The notes below the pieces were generated by a model. It worked only from the letters and a program-made list of their open reading frames with translations. It ran no database searches and was not told where the DNA came from. A DNA stretch of 64,000 nt from Hyphomicrobiaceae bacterium (GTDB lineage: Bacteria > Pseudomonadota > Alphaproteobacteria > Rhizobiales > Hyphomicrobiaceae): positions 1,611,514 through 1,675,513 of the forward strand of contig CBDCWA010000004.1 in NCBI GenBank assembly GCA_965223255.1. Reading direction: 5' to 3'. Shown here piece after piece: positions 37,315 through 48,311 of this stretch (positions are counted from its first letter, which is position 1; the number at the start of each line of letters is the position of its first letter). The position numbers and the translations under genes are program-made.

Positions 37315-38079
37315 TTAACGCTGCGCACCGCATAGCCAGGCCGGTAGAAACTGCTGCAACCACCTACGAACATTCGCCGAATGTGCCAGATGCTGGGTGA
37401 AATGGTCGTCCCGGCCCTTGGCCCCAGGATAGCTCAGCGGTTCTTGATTGCGGCTCCACCGGTTAATCATCATGTAAGTTATCTCCGGGTGAAACTGCAA
37501 TCCGATGGCGCTTTCCCCAAATCTAAATGCCTGATTGGGAAATGGCCCATCAGATACCGCAAGCGGCGTAGAATGGGCCGGCAGATCAAAGCCTTCCTTA
37601 TGCCAGTGATAAACTTCACCGGGCCAACCTTCACACAACGCCTGCCCATCGTTGGTGGCGATCAAGGGGTAATAACCCCGCTCGACGAAACCATCTGGAT
37701 GCAGACTGACCTCAGCCCCTAACAGCCCGGCCAGCATTTGGCCACCAAGGCATACGCCAAGATAAGGCGTCTTGGCATCAATCAGCTTTCCGATCCACTT
37801 AGTCTCGGCGACTATGAAATCCGAGCGATCATTGGCACTATCCGGCCCGCCAAATATAATCCCACCGGCATAGGATTGCACATCATCGGGCAGCGTATCA
37901 CCAAACTTTGGCCTGCGAATATCCAGGTCATATCCCGCTTCGACAAGACACTGGCCAATCGCGCCAGTAGAGCCAGGATTGCGATGCAGTACGATAGCGA
38001 TCGTACCTCGCCGATGCACAGGCACCGGCACCGTGCTCATCGCGCCCGCATCATCGAGCTTCATGCGCTCATCATCCAT
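37315..38079 (-). CDS. class I glutamine amidotransferase-like protein
   Basis: It has the nucleophile elbow GVCLGGQ and a distal HWH/FHPE. The start is uncertain (38079 or 38064) because the track ORF start overlaps the upstream SDR gene. Confidence 0.7.
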   Translation of the reverse strand: MDDERMKLDDAGAMSTVPVPVHRRGTIAIVLHRNPGSTGAIGQCLVEAGYDLDIRRPKFGDTLPDDVQSYAGGIIFGGPDSANDRSDFIVAETKWIGKLIDAKTPYLGVCLGGQMLAGLLGAEVSLHPDGFVERGYYPLIATNDGQALCEGWPGEVYHWHKEGFDLPAHSTPLAVSDGPFPNQAFRFGESAIGLQFHPEITYMMINRWSRNQEPLSYPGAKGRDDHFTQHLAHSANVRRWLQQFLPAWLCGAQR

Positions 38080-38902
38080 TATTATCTCTAGACTTATTGC
38101 GATGTGGGCCCAGCAGAAAACCCACGATCGGCGCCAAAAGAATATTGGGCACGATACGCGAGACAACCGCTATTGCAAAACTGATCGGATCTGGAAATAT
38201 TACCGTCACACGATACTTGAAGCCGATGCGGGCGATGCGAGCAACCCACCCGGCTGACATATGCGGCAACAGCCAGCGATAACGCGCACTTCCAGCGCCC
38301 ATCTTCGCATGAAATCGAGTCTCGACCGGCCCCGGAGCGACCACCGACACCCTGACACCGCTCCCCCACACCTCCTGGTTTATCGCCTTGGTAAATGAGA
38401 TCAAGAACGCCTTGCTGGCATAGTATAGGGCTTGCCCCGGCCCCGGAACGTAGCCACCAAGCGACGCCATGTTGAGAACGCCACCCTCACCCCGCCGGCA
38501 CATGTCGGGCAGAAAAACCCGTGTCAATTGGGCAGGGACATCGACATTCAGCGCGATGATTTCAGCGACAGAATCAGCATCCTGGTGACTAAAAAGGCCG
38601 CTGTAACCGACACCGGCATTGTTCACAAGCACATCGCAATAAAGTTGGTGCGTTGCCAGGAAACGTTGAACACGCCCGCCAGCGTCTTCCTCCGTCAGAT
38701 CCATAGCCACAACATGAAACATTCTGTCATCACGCTGTGCCAAGTCCTGCTTCAAGGTCGCCAGAGCATCGCTTCTTCGCGCGATCAACACCAGGGCCCT
38801 CTTGTCTGCGCGCGCAAATTGCCGGGCGAGTTCCCGGCCAATCCCATCATTTGCGCCTGTAATCACGATGGCTGGCTGCAACTCCACACCGATATCCCTC
38901 AA
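38072..38902 (-). CDS. short-chain dehydrogenase/reductase (SDR) with hydrophobic C-terminus
   Basis: It has TGANDGIGRE cofactor motif, NNAG and YxxxK (YYASKAF). Confidence 0.8.
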   Translation of the reverse strand: MRDIGVELQPAIVITGANDGIGRELARQFARADKRALVLIARRSDALATLKQDLAQRDDRMFHVVAMDLTEEDAGGRVQRFLATHQLYCDVLVNNAGVGYSGLFSHQDADSVAEIIALNVDVPAQLTRVFLPDMCRRGEGGVLNMASLGGYVPGPGQALYYASKAFLISFTKAINQEVWGSGVRVSVVAPGPVETRFHAKMGAGSARYRWLLPHMSAGWVARIARIGFKYRVTVIFPDPISFAIAVVSRIVPNILLAPIVGFLLGPHRNKSRDNNG

Positions 38903-38991
38903 CTGTTATAAATCCCTGTGACAGTCGTGTTAGTACTTGCCACTGACACCCTAGAATGGCTCAAGGCCGGTTGGAATGGAGACCATTAAAT

Positions 38992-40602
38992 ATGTTCTCG
39001 CCGCGATTCATCACGTACACATTATCAATTCTCGCAGCGCTTAGTCTGGCATTACTCGTCTGGCAGTTTCCCGATTGGCGAACGATCCTCGCCGCACCGC
39101 TCGCTATAGCAGCATTTCTGGTCATTCTCGGCACTCGCGACAGACTTCAGACCGGCCACTCAATATTACGCAATTATCCGATCGCAGCCCATATCCGCTT
39201 TTTGCTGGAAGAAATCCGGCCCGAGCTCCGGCAATATTTCTTTGAAAGTGAAAAGGACGGCACGCCCTTCAGCCGTGACAAGCGTACGATCGTCTACCAG
39301 CGCGCCAAATCGGCACCCGACAAGCGCCCATTTGGCACACAATACGATGTTTACGAGGAAAAGTTCGAGTGGATCCAGCACTCAATGACGCCCTGTTCGC
39401 CCAAGCCGTCTGAATTCCGAGTGACCATCGGCGGGCCCGATTGCACAAAACCCTACAATGCCTCGATATATAATATTTCAGCACTCAGTTTTGGCTCCAT
39501 ATCCGCCAATGCCGTCCGAGCCTTGAATAAGGGGGCAGCAAACGCAGGCTTCGCTCACGATACCGGTGAAGGTGGCATTACCCATTATCACACGCAGTAT
39601 GGCGGTGACCTTATCTGGGAAATTGGTTCCGGGTATTTTGGGTGTCGCACAGCTGACGGCCAATTTGACCCTGAACAATTCGCAGAGAAGGCAAAACAAT
39701 CCCAAGTTAAAATGATTGAGATCAAATTGAGCCAGGGCGCCAAACCCGGTCATGGTGGCGTTCTACCGGCCGCCAAAGTAACAGCAGAGATCGCGCGCGT
39801 ACGCGGCGTGCCAATCGGCAAAGATTGTATCTCACCGCCCAGGCATCCTGCATTTTCGACACCGATCGAATTAATGCAATTTATTGGCAAACTGCGTCAA
39901 CTCTCCGATGGCAAGCCCATAGGTTTCAAGCTCTGCATCGGTCATTACTGGGAGTTCCTGGCGATCTGCAAAGCCATGCTGGCAACGGAAACCTATCCCG
40001 ATTTCATCGTTATTGACGGCAAGGAAGGCGGCACAGGTGCTGCCCCACTCGAGTTCATGGACCATATCGGCACCCCCCTGCGGGAAGGCCTGCATTTTGC
40101 ACACAATGCGCTGATCGGCATCAATGCACGCGACAGGGTCCGCATCGGCGCAGCCGGAAAAATCGTGACTGCGTTTGATATCGCGCGGGCAATTGCACTA
40201 GGCGCCGACTGGTGCAACTCCGGGCGCGCATTCATGTTCGCGCTCGGCTGCATCCAGTCTCAAAGCTGTCACACCGATCTTTGCCCGGTCGGCGTGGCAA
40301 CACAAAATAGGTCGCGCCAGCAGGCACTCGTTGTTTCCGACAAGTCGGTACGCGTTGCCAATTTCCACTCTGCCACGATGCAAGCCCTCGGCGAGCTTAT
40401 CGGTGCAGCTGGCCTGGAGCATCCCCGTGAGCTGCTTCCGGAGCATTTTTACCACCGCATGACAACGGATAACGTGGCAAGCTTCAAGCAACTCTACCCC
40501 ACATTGGAGCCAGGCGAATTGCTCGCCGGCACCCGCCACGCCGAATACGCCTTAGCCTGGCAACGCGCCAGGGCCGACAGCTTCGCCCCCCAGCCCGCCT
40601 AA
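38992..40602 (+). CDS. FMN-binding glutamate synthase-family protein with N-terminal TM helices
   Basis: It has a GltB FMN-domain-like core (KLSQGAKPGHGGVLP, DGKEGGTGAAP). The start is at MFSPRF, with GGAGA upstream. Confidence 0.7.
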   Translation: MFSPRFITYTLSILAALSLALLVWQFPDWRTILAAPLAIAAFLVILGTRDRLQTGHSILRNYPIAAHIRFLLEEIRPELRQYFFESEKDGTPFSRDKRTIVYQRAKSAPDKRPFGTQYDVYEEKFEWIQHSMTPCSPKPSEFRVTIGGPDCTKPYNASIYNISALSFGSISANAVRALNKGAANAGFAHDTGEGGITHYHTQYGGDLIWEIGSGYFGCRTADGQFDPEQFAEKAKQSQVKMIEIKLSQGAKPGHGGVLPAAKVTAEIARVRGVPIGKDCISPPRHPAFSTPIELMQFIGKLRQLSDGKPIGFKLCIGHYWEFLAICKAMLATETYPDFIVIDGKEGGTGAAPLEFMDHIGTPLREGLHFAHNALIGINARDRVRIGAAGKIVTAFDIARAIALGADWCNSGRAFMFALGCIQSQSCHTDLCPVGVATQNRSRQQALVVSDKSVRVANFHSATMQALGELIGAAGLEHPRELLPEHFYHRMTTDNVASFKQLYPTLEPGELLAGTRHAEYALAWQRARADSFAPQPA

Positions 40603-40710
40603 TCCACAACGAACCGGCAAACAAAATTTTTCATTTGGTATTTGGCTTCTGTGCAGCCCGGCCTATAATCTCGCCAGTACAATTGGACGATTGAGAATGG
40701 GGAGCTGATC

Positions 40711-41592
40711 ATGAGACTGTGCCGTTACGACAATGATAAGTTGGGTGTCATCATCAATGGAAACGTCCATGATGTGACCTCGGCTCAAGACGAAATACGC
40801 GCCAAAGCGCCATATACGATGAAGGGTGATCCGGTTATTGCCGCGCTTCCAGAGTGGCGCAACAAGCTTGAAGAAATTGCAAAGAGCGCACCAGGCAAAC
40901 CCTTGTCGGATGTGAAGTTGCTGCCCCCCGTGGCCCGTCCCAGCAAGGTGATGGCGGCCCCGACCAACTATCAAAAACACATCGAGGAAATGGCGGCGCG
41001 CAGAGCTGACAAGACGCATCAAATGCCAAATACCAGCCCCAAAATTCTTGAAGCGGGCATTTTCCTCAAGGCCAATTCGGCGGTCGTCGGCCCGTCGGAA
41101 GGCATCCCGCTGCGCTTTCCTGAGCGGCGCAATGAACACGAAGCTGAGCTTGTGGTGGTGATTGGCAAGGAAGGAACAAACATCCCTAAGGAAAAAGCGC
41201 TTGAATATGTTGCTGGCTACAGCCTTGGTCTTGATATGACAGCACGCGGCTCCGAGGACCGCTCGTTCCGCAAGTCAATCGATGGTTATGCGCCAATGGG
41301 ACCCTGGTTCGTTACAGCCGACGAAATTGCCGATCCCAATAACATTGACTTCGAGTTGACCGTCAACGGCGAGACCCAGCAAAAGGCAAACACCTCAGAC
41401 CTGATCCTAAACGTGCACCAGCTCATAGAGTTTGCCTCGAAATTCTATACGCTGTATCCAGGCGACGTATATTTTACAGGGACACCTGAGGGCGTCTCAC
41501 CAGTCAAGCCTGGCGATTGGATCAGCCTGACGTCCATCGAGCCACTCGGCGAACTGAAGATACAGTGTCGCGGTCACGGCGACGGTTGGTAG
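40711..41592 (+). CDS. fumarylacetoacetate hydrolase (FAH) family protein
   Basis: The N-terminus is MRLCRY..., and HEAELVVVIG, GYSLGLDMTAR and GDVYFTGTPEGV are FAH signatures. Confidence 0.8.
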   Translation: MRLCRYDNDKLGVIINGNVHDVTSAQDEIRAKAPYTMKGDPVIAALPEWRNKLEEIAKSAPGKPLSDVKLLPPVARPSKVMAAPTNYQKHIEEMAARRADKTHQMPNTSPKILEAGIFLKANSAVVGPSEGIPLRFPERRNEHEAELVVVIGKEGTNIPKEKALEYVAGYSLGLDMTARGSEDRSFRKSIDGYAPMGPWFVTADEIADPNNIDFELTVNGETQQKANTSDLILNVHQLIEFASKFYTLYPGDVYFTGTPEGVSPVKPGDWISLTSIEPLGELKIQCRGHGDGW

Positions 41593-41702
41593 ACCACGCC
41601 CTCGACCTCACCTGGCGTGAACGAACACTAGAGCAATATCCGATGTGCGACTTGCGATGCCAGCCCATCAGATCGGATATTGCCGTACCACTATAAAGAG
41701 GC

Positions 41703-42896
41703 CTAGGCCGCCTTTTTCATGGCGACCTCGTCTTGGCAATGGCCGAGTGCGGTCAGTGCAGCTGCCACCGCGTCACCCTTGCAGTCCCAGCTTTCGCACA
41801 ACAAAACCTTTCGTTGCGCACTGGCCTCCACCGGCGCAGTAATAGCGTTCTCAATCGCTTGGGCAAAACTGACCGGCTCATCTGCAATGCTTACAAACCG
41901 CTGCCACGCACCCAATGCCGGAAAATCGGTGGTCACCACTGGGCGCCCGACAGCCAAATACTCTTTGAGCTTGATCGGATTGCACGCCTTGATCCACTCG
42001 CTCTTATTCCAGGGCATTATCAGTACATCCATCGCCGCCATATAAGCTGCAACATCCTGATAAGGCTTGCGCCCGAGGAAATATACATTCTCATGCGGGC
42101 ACCACTTATCAGGTAAAGAACACCCGCCAACCATAACGAAATTCACATCAGGCATGGCGCCGGCAACGTTTAGAAAAAGTTCAGGGTCGAATGTGTGCGC
42201 ATCAATGCCGCCGATAAACCCAACCTTGGGACCAGGGATATGCGCCATATCACGAGGCGGTTCATAGCCAGCTTGAAAGCGCCGATTGCCAGCCTCAACA
42301 AAACGATCCAAATCCACGCCATGCGTAACGAGGAGACTTTTCTTGACCTCACCACGCTCTTCCGCTTCCAGTACCGGGCTTGCATAAATGGCAAGATCCG
42401 CAGCCGACTTAAGCGCTTCGATTTGCGCCGACAGAATCTTTGGGTCGCCTTCCGGAAAACTCTCGAATCGATCGGTCCGCTGCATCACGACGGCGACCGG
42501 ATCGAGCCATTGCTCCAGCCCGGCGCCCGCCGGACAATGAAGCCACAATAACGGCTTGCGTATGCCGAGCCGCCAGGCTGCGATTTTGATTTGTGTGGCA
42601 AGTGCCAATTTCGACAGATCCCCGCCTATGGACCCTGGCGGCACAAGCGGCGAATAGACATGAAATCCCGGAGCGGCCGTCACCAACCCACGTGACAAGC
42701 TTGTCAGCTTGCGGGCAATTTTTGCACCGAATTGCCGATTGTTCTTCAAACTCGGCATGCGCACGCCGATTGAATTTATGAACAAGACCGGCCAGCGGCG
42801 CCCCAACCGCTGCATAATCTGGAAATCAAAATGGCCGCGATTGTGATACCACCAATCTTCCCCGCCCAGGCAAATGATACCGTCGAACGCTTGCAA
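41703..42896 (-). CDS. glycosyltransferase family 1 (GT4-like)
   Basis: 397 aa. The C-terminal half has the typical GT-B pattern (FIGGID...NPIKLKEYLAVGRPVV). Confidence 0.65.
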   Translation of the reverse strand: MQAFDGIICLGGEDWWYHNRGHFDFQIMQRLGRRWPVLFINSIGVRMPSLKNNRQFGAKIARKLTSLSRGLVTAAPGFHVYSPLVPPGSIGGDLSKLALATQIKIAAWRLGIRKPLLWLHCPAGAGLEQWLDPVAVVMQRTDRFESFPEGDPKILSAQIEALKSAADLAIYASPVLEAEERGEVKKSLLVTHGVDLDRFVEAGNRRFQAGYEPPRDMAHIPGPKVGFIGGIDAHTFDPELFLNVAGAMPDVNFVMVGGCSLPDKWCPHENVYFLGRKPYQDVAAYMAAMDVLIMPWNKSEWIKACNPIKLKEYLAVGRPVVTTDFPALGAWQRFVSIADEPVSFAQAIENAITAPVEASAQRKVLLCESWDCKGDAVAAALTALGHCQDEVAMKKAA

Positions 42897-43118
42897 ATTA
42901 AGAAACCCTTAAAAAAAAAATTACGGCTCAAGCCCCAACGATCGGCGAGGCGATAAGCACCAATGCAACCATTTAAGCCAGCCCAAGGATTAAATTTCTC
43001 TTATCGTTACGCAATTCCAGCCCGTTTGTTCGCAAATAACATCTCTTCAATGCACTTAACCGACGGTTAGTTCAAAAGAATTTATAATGGACCGATTTTA
43101 AAACCTCCGCAGGGCACT

Positions 43119-44117
43119 ATGTCGGGATATTCAAACACCAAACTCACAATCATTATCGTGAGCTACAATACGCGCGACCTCACCATTGCCTGTCTCGACA
43201 GCCTTGCCGATGAGCTGGCCTCCTTGCCGGAAAATTCAGTCGAGGTGATTGTCGTCGATAACGCTTCGAAAGATGGCTCGGCCACTGCGATCGTGGCTCA
43301 CGAGGCCCCCAGCCAGGTTATACCGCTCGCTGATAACATCGGTTTTGCAGCTGCAAACAACCTCGCCGCACAATATGCATCGGGCGAGTATTTGTTGCTG
43401 CTCAATCCAGACACCGTCGTTTTGCCCGGGGCTATTATCAAAGTGTTAAAGACAGCAAGACGCAACCCAAGGAACGGCATCTGGGGTGGGCGCACGTTAT
43501 TTGGCGACAAGAGCCTCAATCCATCGTCCTGCTGGAGTGAGATTACGCTCTGGAATCTGTTCTGCCGTGCGGTTGGCCTGACGGCAGTTTTCAAGAACAC
43601 CGAGACCTTCAATGGCGAAGCTTATGGTGGCTGGACACGCGATAACGTCCGCAATGTCGATATCGTTTCCGGCTGCTTCCTACTCATTACCCGCAGCCTG
43701 TGGCGGCAGCTTAACGGCTTTGATCTGTCGTTTTGGATGTATGGCGAAGACGCAGACCTGTGTCTTCGTGCCAAGCGGCTCGGCTATCAGCCAATGATCG
43801 ATCCCAGCGCCGAGATTATCCACTACGGCGGTGCCTCGGAAAAAACGCGAACCGGCAAGATGATCCGTTTATTGGATGCCAAGGCGAAGCTGATCAGGCA
43901 CCACTGGCACCCGCGGCTCGTACCACTTGGTCTTGCCCTCCTGGCAGCCTGGCCGGCCTCCCGTTTACTGGCCCTTGCAACTCTGGCTTCCGTCTCGAAA
44001 GCGGTCGACGTCAAGACCAGTGCCCAAGCATGGCGTGAAATCTGGGCAACGCGATTACTATGGTGGCACGGTGCAAGCACGGGACGCACAACGTCCTTTG
44101 TGCCCTCACCACACTAG
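43119..44117 (+). CDS. glycosyltransferase family 2
   Basis: IIIVSYNTRDLT...VDNASKDGS and a later DADL (DxD-like) motif are present. Confidence 0.8.
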   Translation: MSGYSNTKLTIIIVSYNTRDLTIACLDSLADELASLPENSVEVIVVDNASKDGSATAIVAHEAPSQVIPLADNIGFAAANNLAAQYASGEYLLLLNPDTVVLPGAIIKVLKTARRNPRNGIWGGRTLFGDKSLNPSSCWSEITLWNLFCRAVGLTAVFKNTETFNGEAYGGWTRDNVRNVDIVSGCFLLITRSLWRQLNGFDLSFWMYGEDADLCLRAKRLGYQPMIDPSAEIIHYGGASEKTRTGKMIRLLDAKAKLIRHHWHPRLVPLGLALLAAWPASRLLALATLASVSKAVDVKTSAQAWREIWATRLLWWHGASTGRTTSFVPSPH

Positions 44118-44147
44118 GGCTGCTGCAATTAGACGAGACCTCTAGAG

Positions 44148-44960
44148 ATGTCCGAGCCAAACACACAAACCAGATCAAGCAGTCGGCCGACCTATAGCAT
44201 CGCAACACTTGTCACCGACTGGGACCAGCACACGGCAATGCGCCAATCATTCGAAGCTGCCGGCTTTACGATTGACGACTGCCAGTATCATTTCGTCGAC
44301 AATACCGGCCAACAGCAGACCTCAGCCTATTCCGGATTGAACCAACTTCTAAATGACGCCGACGGCCGCTTTATCATTCTCTGTCATCAAGACGTCCGCC
44401 TCGAATTCGATGATCGCGCAAAACTGGACAGCTGCTTGGAAGAGTTAGAGCAGCGTGATCCCAATTGGGCCTTGGCTGGCAATGCGGGCGCCACAAAACC
44501 TGGCAACCTGACAATCCGCATTACCGATCCTCATGGCGACGATCAGCGCCGCGGCCATTTTCCGGCACGCGTCATGAGCCTGGATGAGAATTTCATTGTC
44601 ATAAAGCGTCAGGCGCGACTGTCGTTCTCGCGCAATCTGGATGGATTTCACCTCTATGGTGCCGATATTTGCCTGGTTGCAGACGTTCTCGGCTATACCG
44701 CCTATGTCATAGATTTCCATTTGCATCATTTGAGTCCGGGCCGCAAATCGGCTGACTTTTTTCAGAGCAGGGCGGCATTTTCGAAGAAGTGGTCACATGC
44801 GCTCCGCCCGCGCATATTACAAACCACCTGCACATTGATACGTCTCAGCCCTCAGCGGTTCTCGCGCCGTATTTCAGATGCCGCAACGGCGATTGCCGAA
44901 AAGGTTTTGCGTCGCTATCCCCGCCTTGGCAATTTGATCTCGGATCGAAAGGTCATCTAA
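44148..44960 (+). CDS. putative GT-A-fold glycosyltransferase-like protein
   Basis: The call rests on its position in the cluster and a weak GT-A-like N-terminus (YSIATLVTDWDQ). Confidence in the function is low. Confidence 0.45.
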   Translation: MSEPNTQTRSSSRPTYSIATLVTDWDQHTAMRQSFEAAGFTIDDCQYHFVDNTGQQQTSAYSGLNQLLNDADGRFIILCHQDVRLEFDDRAKLDSCLEELEQRDPNWALAGNAGATKPGNLTIRITDPHGDDQRRGHFPARVMSLDENFIVIKRQARLSFSRNLDGFHLYGADICLVADVLGYTAYVIDFHLHHLSPGRKSADFFQSRAAFSKKWSHALRPRILQTTCTLIRLSPQRFSRRISDAATAIAEKVLRRYPRLGNLISDRKVI

Positions 44961-44963
44961 GAG

Positions 44964-46472
44964 ATGCCGACCCGGACGCAAAATGCGGCCCCCACATCGT
45001 CGAGTGTCATGGGCCAGTCGGCAATCCTATTCACCGGTTATGCGATCATGCAAGGCTGCGCCTTTGCCCGCAACATACTGCTCGCCTACTGGTTGTCCAA
45101 GGGTGATTTCGGCATTACCGCCGCACTCACCCTCGTTTTACAAGTCCTGGAAACACTAAGCGACCTCGGCGCCGATAGGTTGATCGTGCAGGCCAAGGAC
45201 GGTGACGACCCCGACTTGATGGCCAACATTCATACGATCTTGGTCGCCCGTGGTTTGCTAAGCGGCCTGATCATAGTCGCGTTAGCCTGGCCCACGGCGA
45301 TGTTCTTTAACATCGAACACGCGACCTGGGCCTTTGCCGCCGCAGCAATAGTCCCGGTGCTAAAGGGCTTTATGCACATCGACAGCCGGCGCATGCAGCG
45401 GAACTTAAACAATGCCCCGTTTATGGCTGCTGAAGCTCTCCCGCAGGTCATTACGTTGGCCGTCGCCATACCAATCCTTTATTCGTCAGGTGACTACCAC
45501 GCTGCAATCTGGCTTGCCATCGTACAGGCCGTCGTCCTGCTTGCCACCACGCATGGTCTTGCCTATCGCCCCTACAAGCTGGGCATCAATTGGCCCATTT
45601 CTAAACGCATCATCGCATTCGGTTGGCCAATATGGCTCAGCGCAATTCCACTAATGGCTGTCTATTACACCGATCGTGCGATCATTGGCCGACTGTTTGG
45701 GATGGAAGAACTCGCGACATACACCGTCGCGTTCTTGGTAACGATGGTTCCAGCAGTCATTCTGGGTCGCGGCGCAACCGCACTTATTCTACCGATGCTC
45801 TCCCATGCACGCCCGACCATGGCTCTTTATACCCGCCACTACCGTGCCATGTGTGAAATCATAATCGTGCTTGCGAGCCTGTATGCCATGGCGATGATCA
45901 CGATCGGCGACCAACTGATCTCATACGTGTTTGGCCAGCGTTACGCGGGCCTGGCCTCTCTCGTCTCCATCCTAACCATAGTGTGGACGCTACGTATAAT
46001 TCAGTGTGTGCCTGGCACAGCCATGCTGGCTAGCGCTGACACAAAAGCTCTGCTGAAGGCAGGTTCGCTACGCGCTACAGCAATCATCCCCGCGATCTTC
46101 GCGGCCCTTTACCTCGGGTCAGTTGAAGCGGTTGCCATTATGGGCATAGCCGGCGAACTCCTCTCGACCGGTTACGTATCTTGGGCGACCCGCGCCATAA
46201 GCCCGCGCATGTCTAGGATCTTTCTGATGCGATGCCTCTATCTCGCAAGCGTCATAATTGCAGCGCTCGCCATAAAATTGACCTTACCTCCAGACCTGGG
46301 CTTGTTGCCTGCCTTGCTCTTAACAACGCTGACCATTTCGGCGGCATTTGTGCTGGCGATGTTTGTCATGCCGGCCCTGCGGCGTTACCTCGAAGAGGCG
46401 TTCGAAGAAATTCAACTCTTTGGCAGAAAGCGGGGCGCCGGCAGGCAACCGCCGCAGCCCCTTAGCAGTTAG
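44964..46472 (+). CDS. polysaccharide flippase (MOP/Wzx-like, multi-pass membrane protein)
   Basis: 502 aa with ~12-14 predicted TM helices. It sits directly downstream of the GT genes. Confidence 0.7.
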   Translation: MPTRTQNAAPTSSSVMGQSAILFTGYAIMQGCAFARNILLAYWLSKGDFGITAALTLVLQVLETLSDLGADRLIVQAKDGDDPDLMANIHTILVARGLLSGLIIVALAWPTAMFFNIEHATWAFAAAAIVPVLKGFMHIDSRRMQRNLNNAPFMAAEALPQVITLAVAIPILYSSGDYHAAIWLAIVQAVVLLATTHGLAYRPYKLGINWPISKRIIAFGWPIWLSAIPLMAVYYTDRAIIGRLFGMEELATYTVAFLVTMVPAVILGRGATALILPMLSHARPTMALYTRHYRAMCEIIIVLASLYAMAMITIGDQLISYVFGQRYAGLASLVSILTIVWTLRIIQCVPGTAMLASADTKALLKAGSLRATAIIPAIFAALYLGSVEAVAIMGIAGELLSTGYVSWATRAISPRMSRIFLMRCLYLASVIIAALAIKLTLPPDLGLLPALLLTTLTISAAFVLAMFVMPALRRYLEEAFEEIQLFGRKRGAGRQPPQPLSS

Positions 46473-46894
46473 TATTCCGAAACGTCCGGATTATCGTTGA
46501 AGAATTTCTTCTTCAAGCGATCCATTTTCAATTGCTTGTGCGCGCGATCAACCAGATGCTCGTAATTGCGCTGCCACTGCATGTTCATCTTAGCGGTCAG
46601 CGACATGCTGCGCATCGAGGCGATGTCAGGGTCCAGTGTACGGCAACGCCGCGCATCTTCCCACAAATCGTCCTTTTTCCACTCGGGCATGCCAATTTCC
46701 TTAATGACATCCCAGAGACTGCGCATGTCCTCATCATCGCTATCGCCGACGAAGCCAGGATAGATCGCATCATCATAAATGCCGACATTCGCAGCCTCCA
46801 TCTGCGCGTCTTCTGCAACTTGTTTCGCAAGATCCCTGGCGGTAAACGGCGAGACAGCAGCTGCGCCAAGGAAGTTGCGGCGATTGAGTGTCAT
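46469..46894 (-). CDS. small acidic protein with Tat-like N-terminus, function unknown
   Basis: The N-terminus is MTLNRRNFLGAAAV. I saw no cofactor motif. Confidence 0.45.
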   Translation of the reverse strand: MTLNRRNFLGAAAVSPFTARDLAKQVAEDAQMEAANVGIYDDAIYPGFVGDSDDEDMRSLWDVIKEIGMPEWKKDDLWEDARRCRTLDPDIASMRSMSLTAKMNMQWQRNYEHLVDRAHKQLKMDRLKKKFFNDNPDVSEY

Positions 46895-47232
46895 TTAAAC
46901 CTCCTATGAAAATCAGCCGAAGCCGGACCATTGCCAGCATCATGACTTGAAAACCTTGTTGCTACAATTCACTGGAACGAACTGGATCACACCGCCCGCC
47001 GAGCCCGGGGATCGCCAAACGTCGCTGATCGACGTCTAAAGTTAATCCTGCCTGCGCGCTGCGCACCAGACTTAACTGGTTCGCCCGTGCATCCAATTCC
47101 ATTACCAACGCTTTGCCAATCAATGGCAACTTATAGCAACTGGCAGCCCCAATATTCGATTGAATTAAATGCTTTGCAACCACCCGATACACCCGGTTTT
47201 ATCGCCGCTCATCGCCAGAATAAGGCCATTCT

Positions 47233-48114
47233 TTGACATCTACTATGGCAGCGCCCCAACTAGAAAAGGACAACGCCGTGCCCATTGCAAAGCTACCCAC
47301 CGGGATCGATCTGCATTTCGAGACCACTGGCAATGGAGAGCCCCTGGTATTGATTCCAAGTACAGGCCTTGCCGGCAACATCTGGCACATCTATCAGGTG
47401 CCAGAGCTCGCCAAGCAGTTTCAGGTTATCACCTTCGACCCCCGCGGTTGCGGGCGCACTGCAGCACCCGACAGCCCGTTTACGATCGACCAATTGGCAA
47501 GCGACCTTGCTGCACTCTTGGATCACCTAGACATTCGTGCGGTACATTTGCTCGGCCACTCAATGGGCGGGCGCATTGCCATTGCCTTTGCCCTTGCCTT
47601 TCCGCGCCGCATCAAAAGTCTCATTCTCGCCGCCTCGGGTTCTGGTATTGCTGCCCGCCCCGGCGATGAATGCGTGCCCGGCCTTTCCATTCGCATGATG
47701 ACGCACCTGATTGAAGCGGGCTTCGACAGCTACATCCGCTCCGAATTCACCGAAAAGACAACATATTTCACACAAGCCTACCTCGACAGCCATCCCGACA
47801 AAGTCCAGGAGTTTTTTGACATCGCCTGGCGGCATCACGCCAAATTGCGTCCCTACCTGCGCCTTGTCATCGCCCGCCAAAATTGGGAGGCAACACATCG
47901 GCTAGCTGAAATCTCCGCACCCACGCTGGTTGTGATCGGCGACCATGACGCCGGCGGCTCCAATCACCTCGCCCAAGCTGAGCGCCTGCTGGAAGGCTTA
48001 CCCAACGCAGAACAACTGGTCTTGAAGGATCAGGCCCACGGCTTTTTTTGGCAGGCGCCGGACGACACCAACCGCTGGATAGCGGACTGGGTGAACCGTC
48101 ATGCACAAATTTGA
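47233..48114 (+). CDS. alpha/beta hydrolase
   Basis: It has a GHSMGG nucleophile elbow, an HG-type N-terminal region and a distal His (QAHGFF). Confidence 0.8.
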   Translation: MTSTMAAPQLEKDNAVPIAKLPTGIDLHFETTGNGEPLVLIPSTGLAGNIWHIYQVPELAKQFQVITFDPRGCGRTAAPDSPFTIDQLASDLAALLDHLDIRAVHLLGHSMGGRIAIAFALAFPRRIKSLILAASGSGIAARPGDECVPGLSIRMMTHLIEAGFDSYIRSEFTEKTTYFTQAYLDSHPDKVQEFFDIAWRHHAKLRPYLRLVIARQNWEATHRLAEISAPTLVVIGDHDAGGSNHLAQAERLLEGLPNAEQLVLKDQAHGFFWQAPDDTNRWIADWVNRHAQI

Positions 48115-48311
48115 CATCAAGAACTGAGCCGCACTGCGGTGCGCATTGGCCGCCTATTCAGGCCAGGCGATATTCGATCAGCAGTTAGCCTCTGTGGCTA
48201 TCGCTGTAAGCGCCCGCTTCCGGACAGAACACTTATTGCAAAAGCGCGCACAAGGGCCCGGTCAAGTCTTTGAACAACCCGTTATGTTGAGGCACGACCA
48301 CGTCGCCCCGA

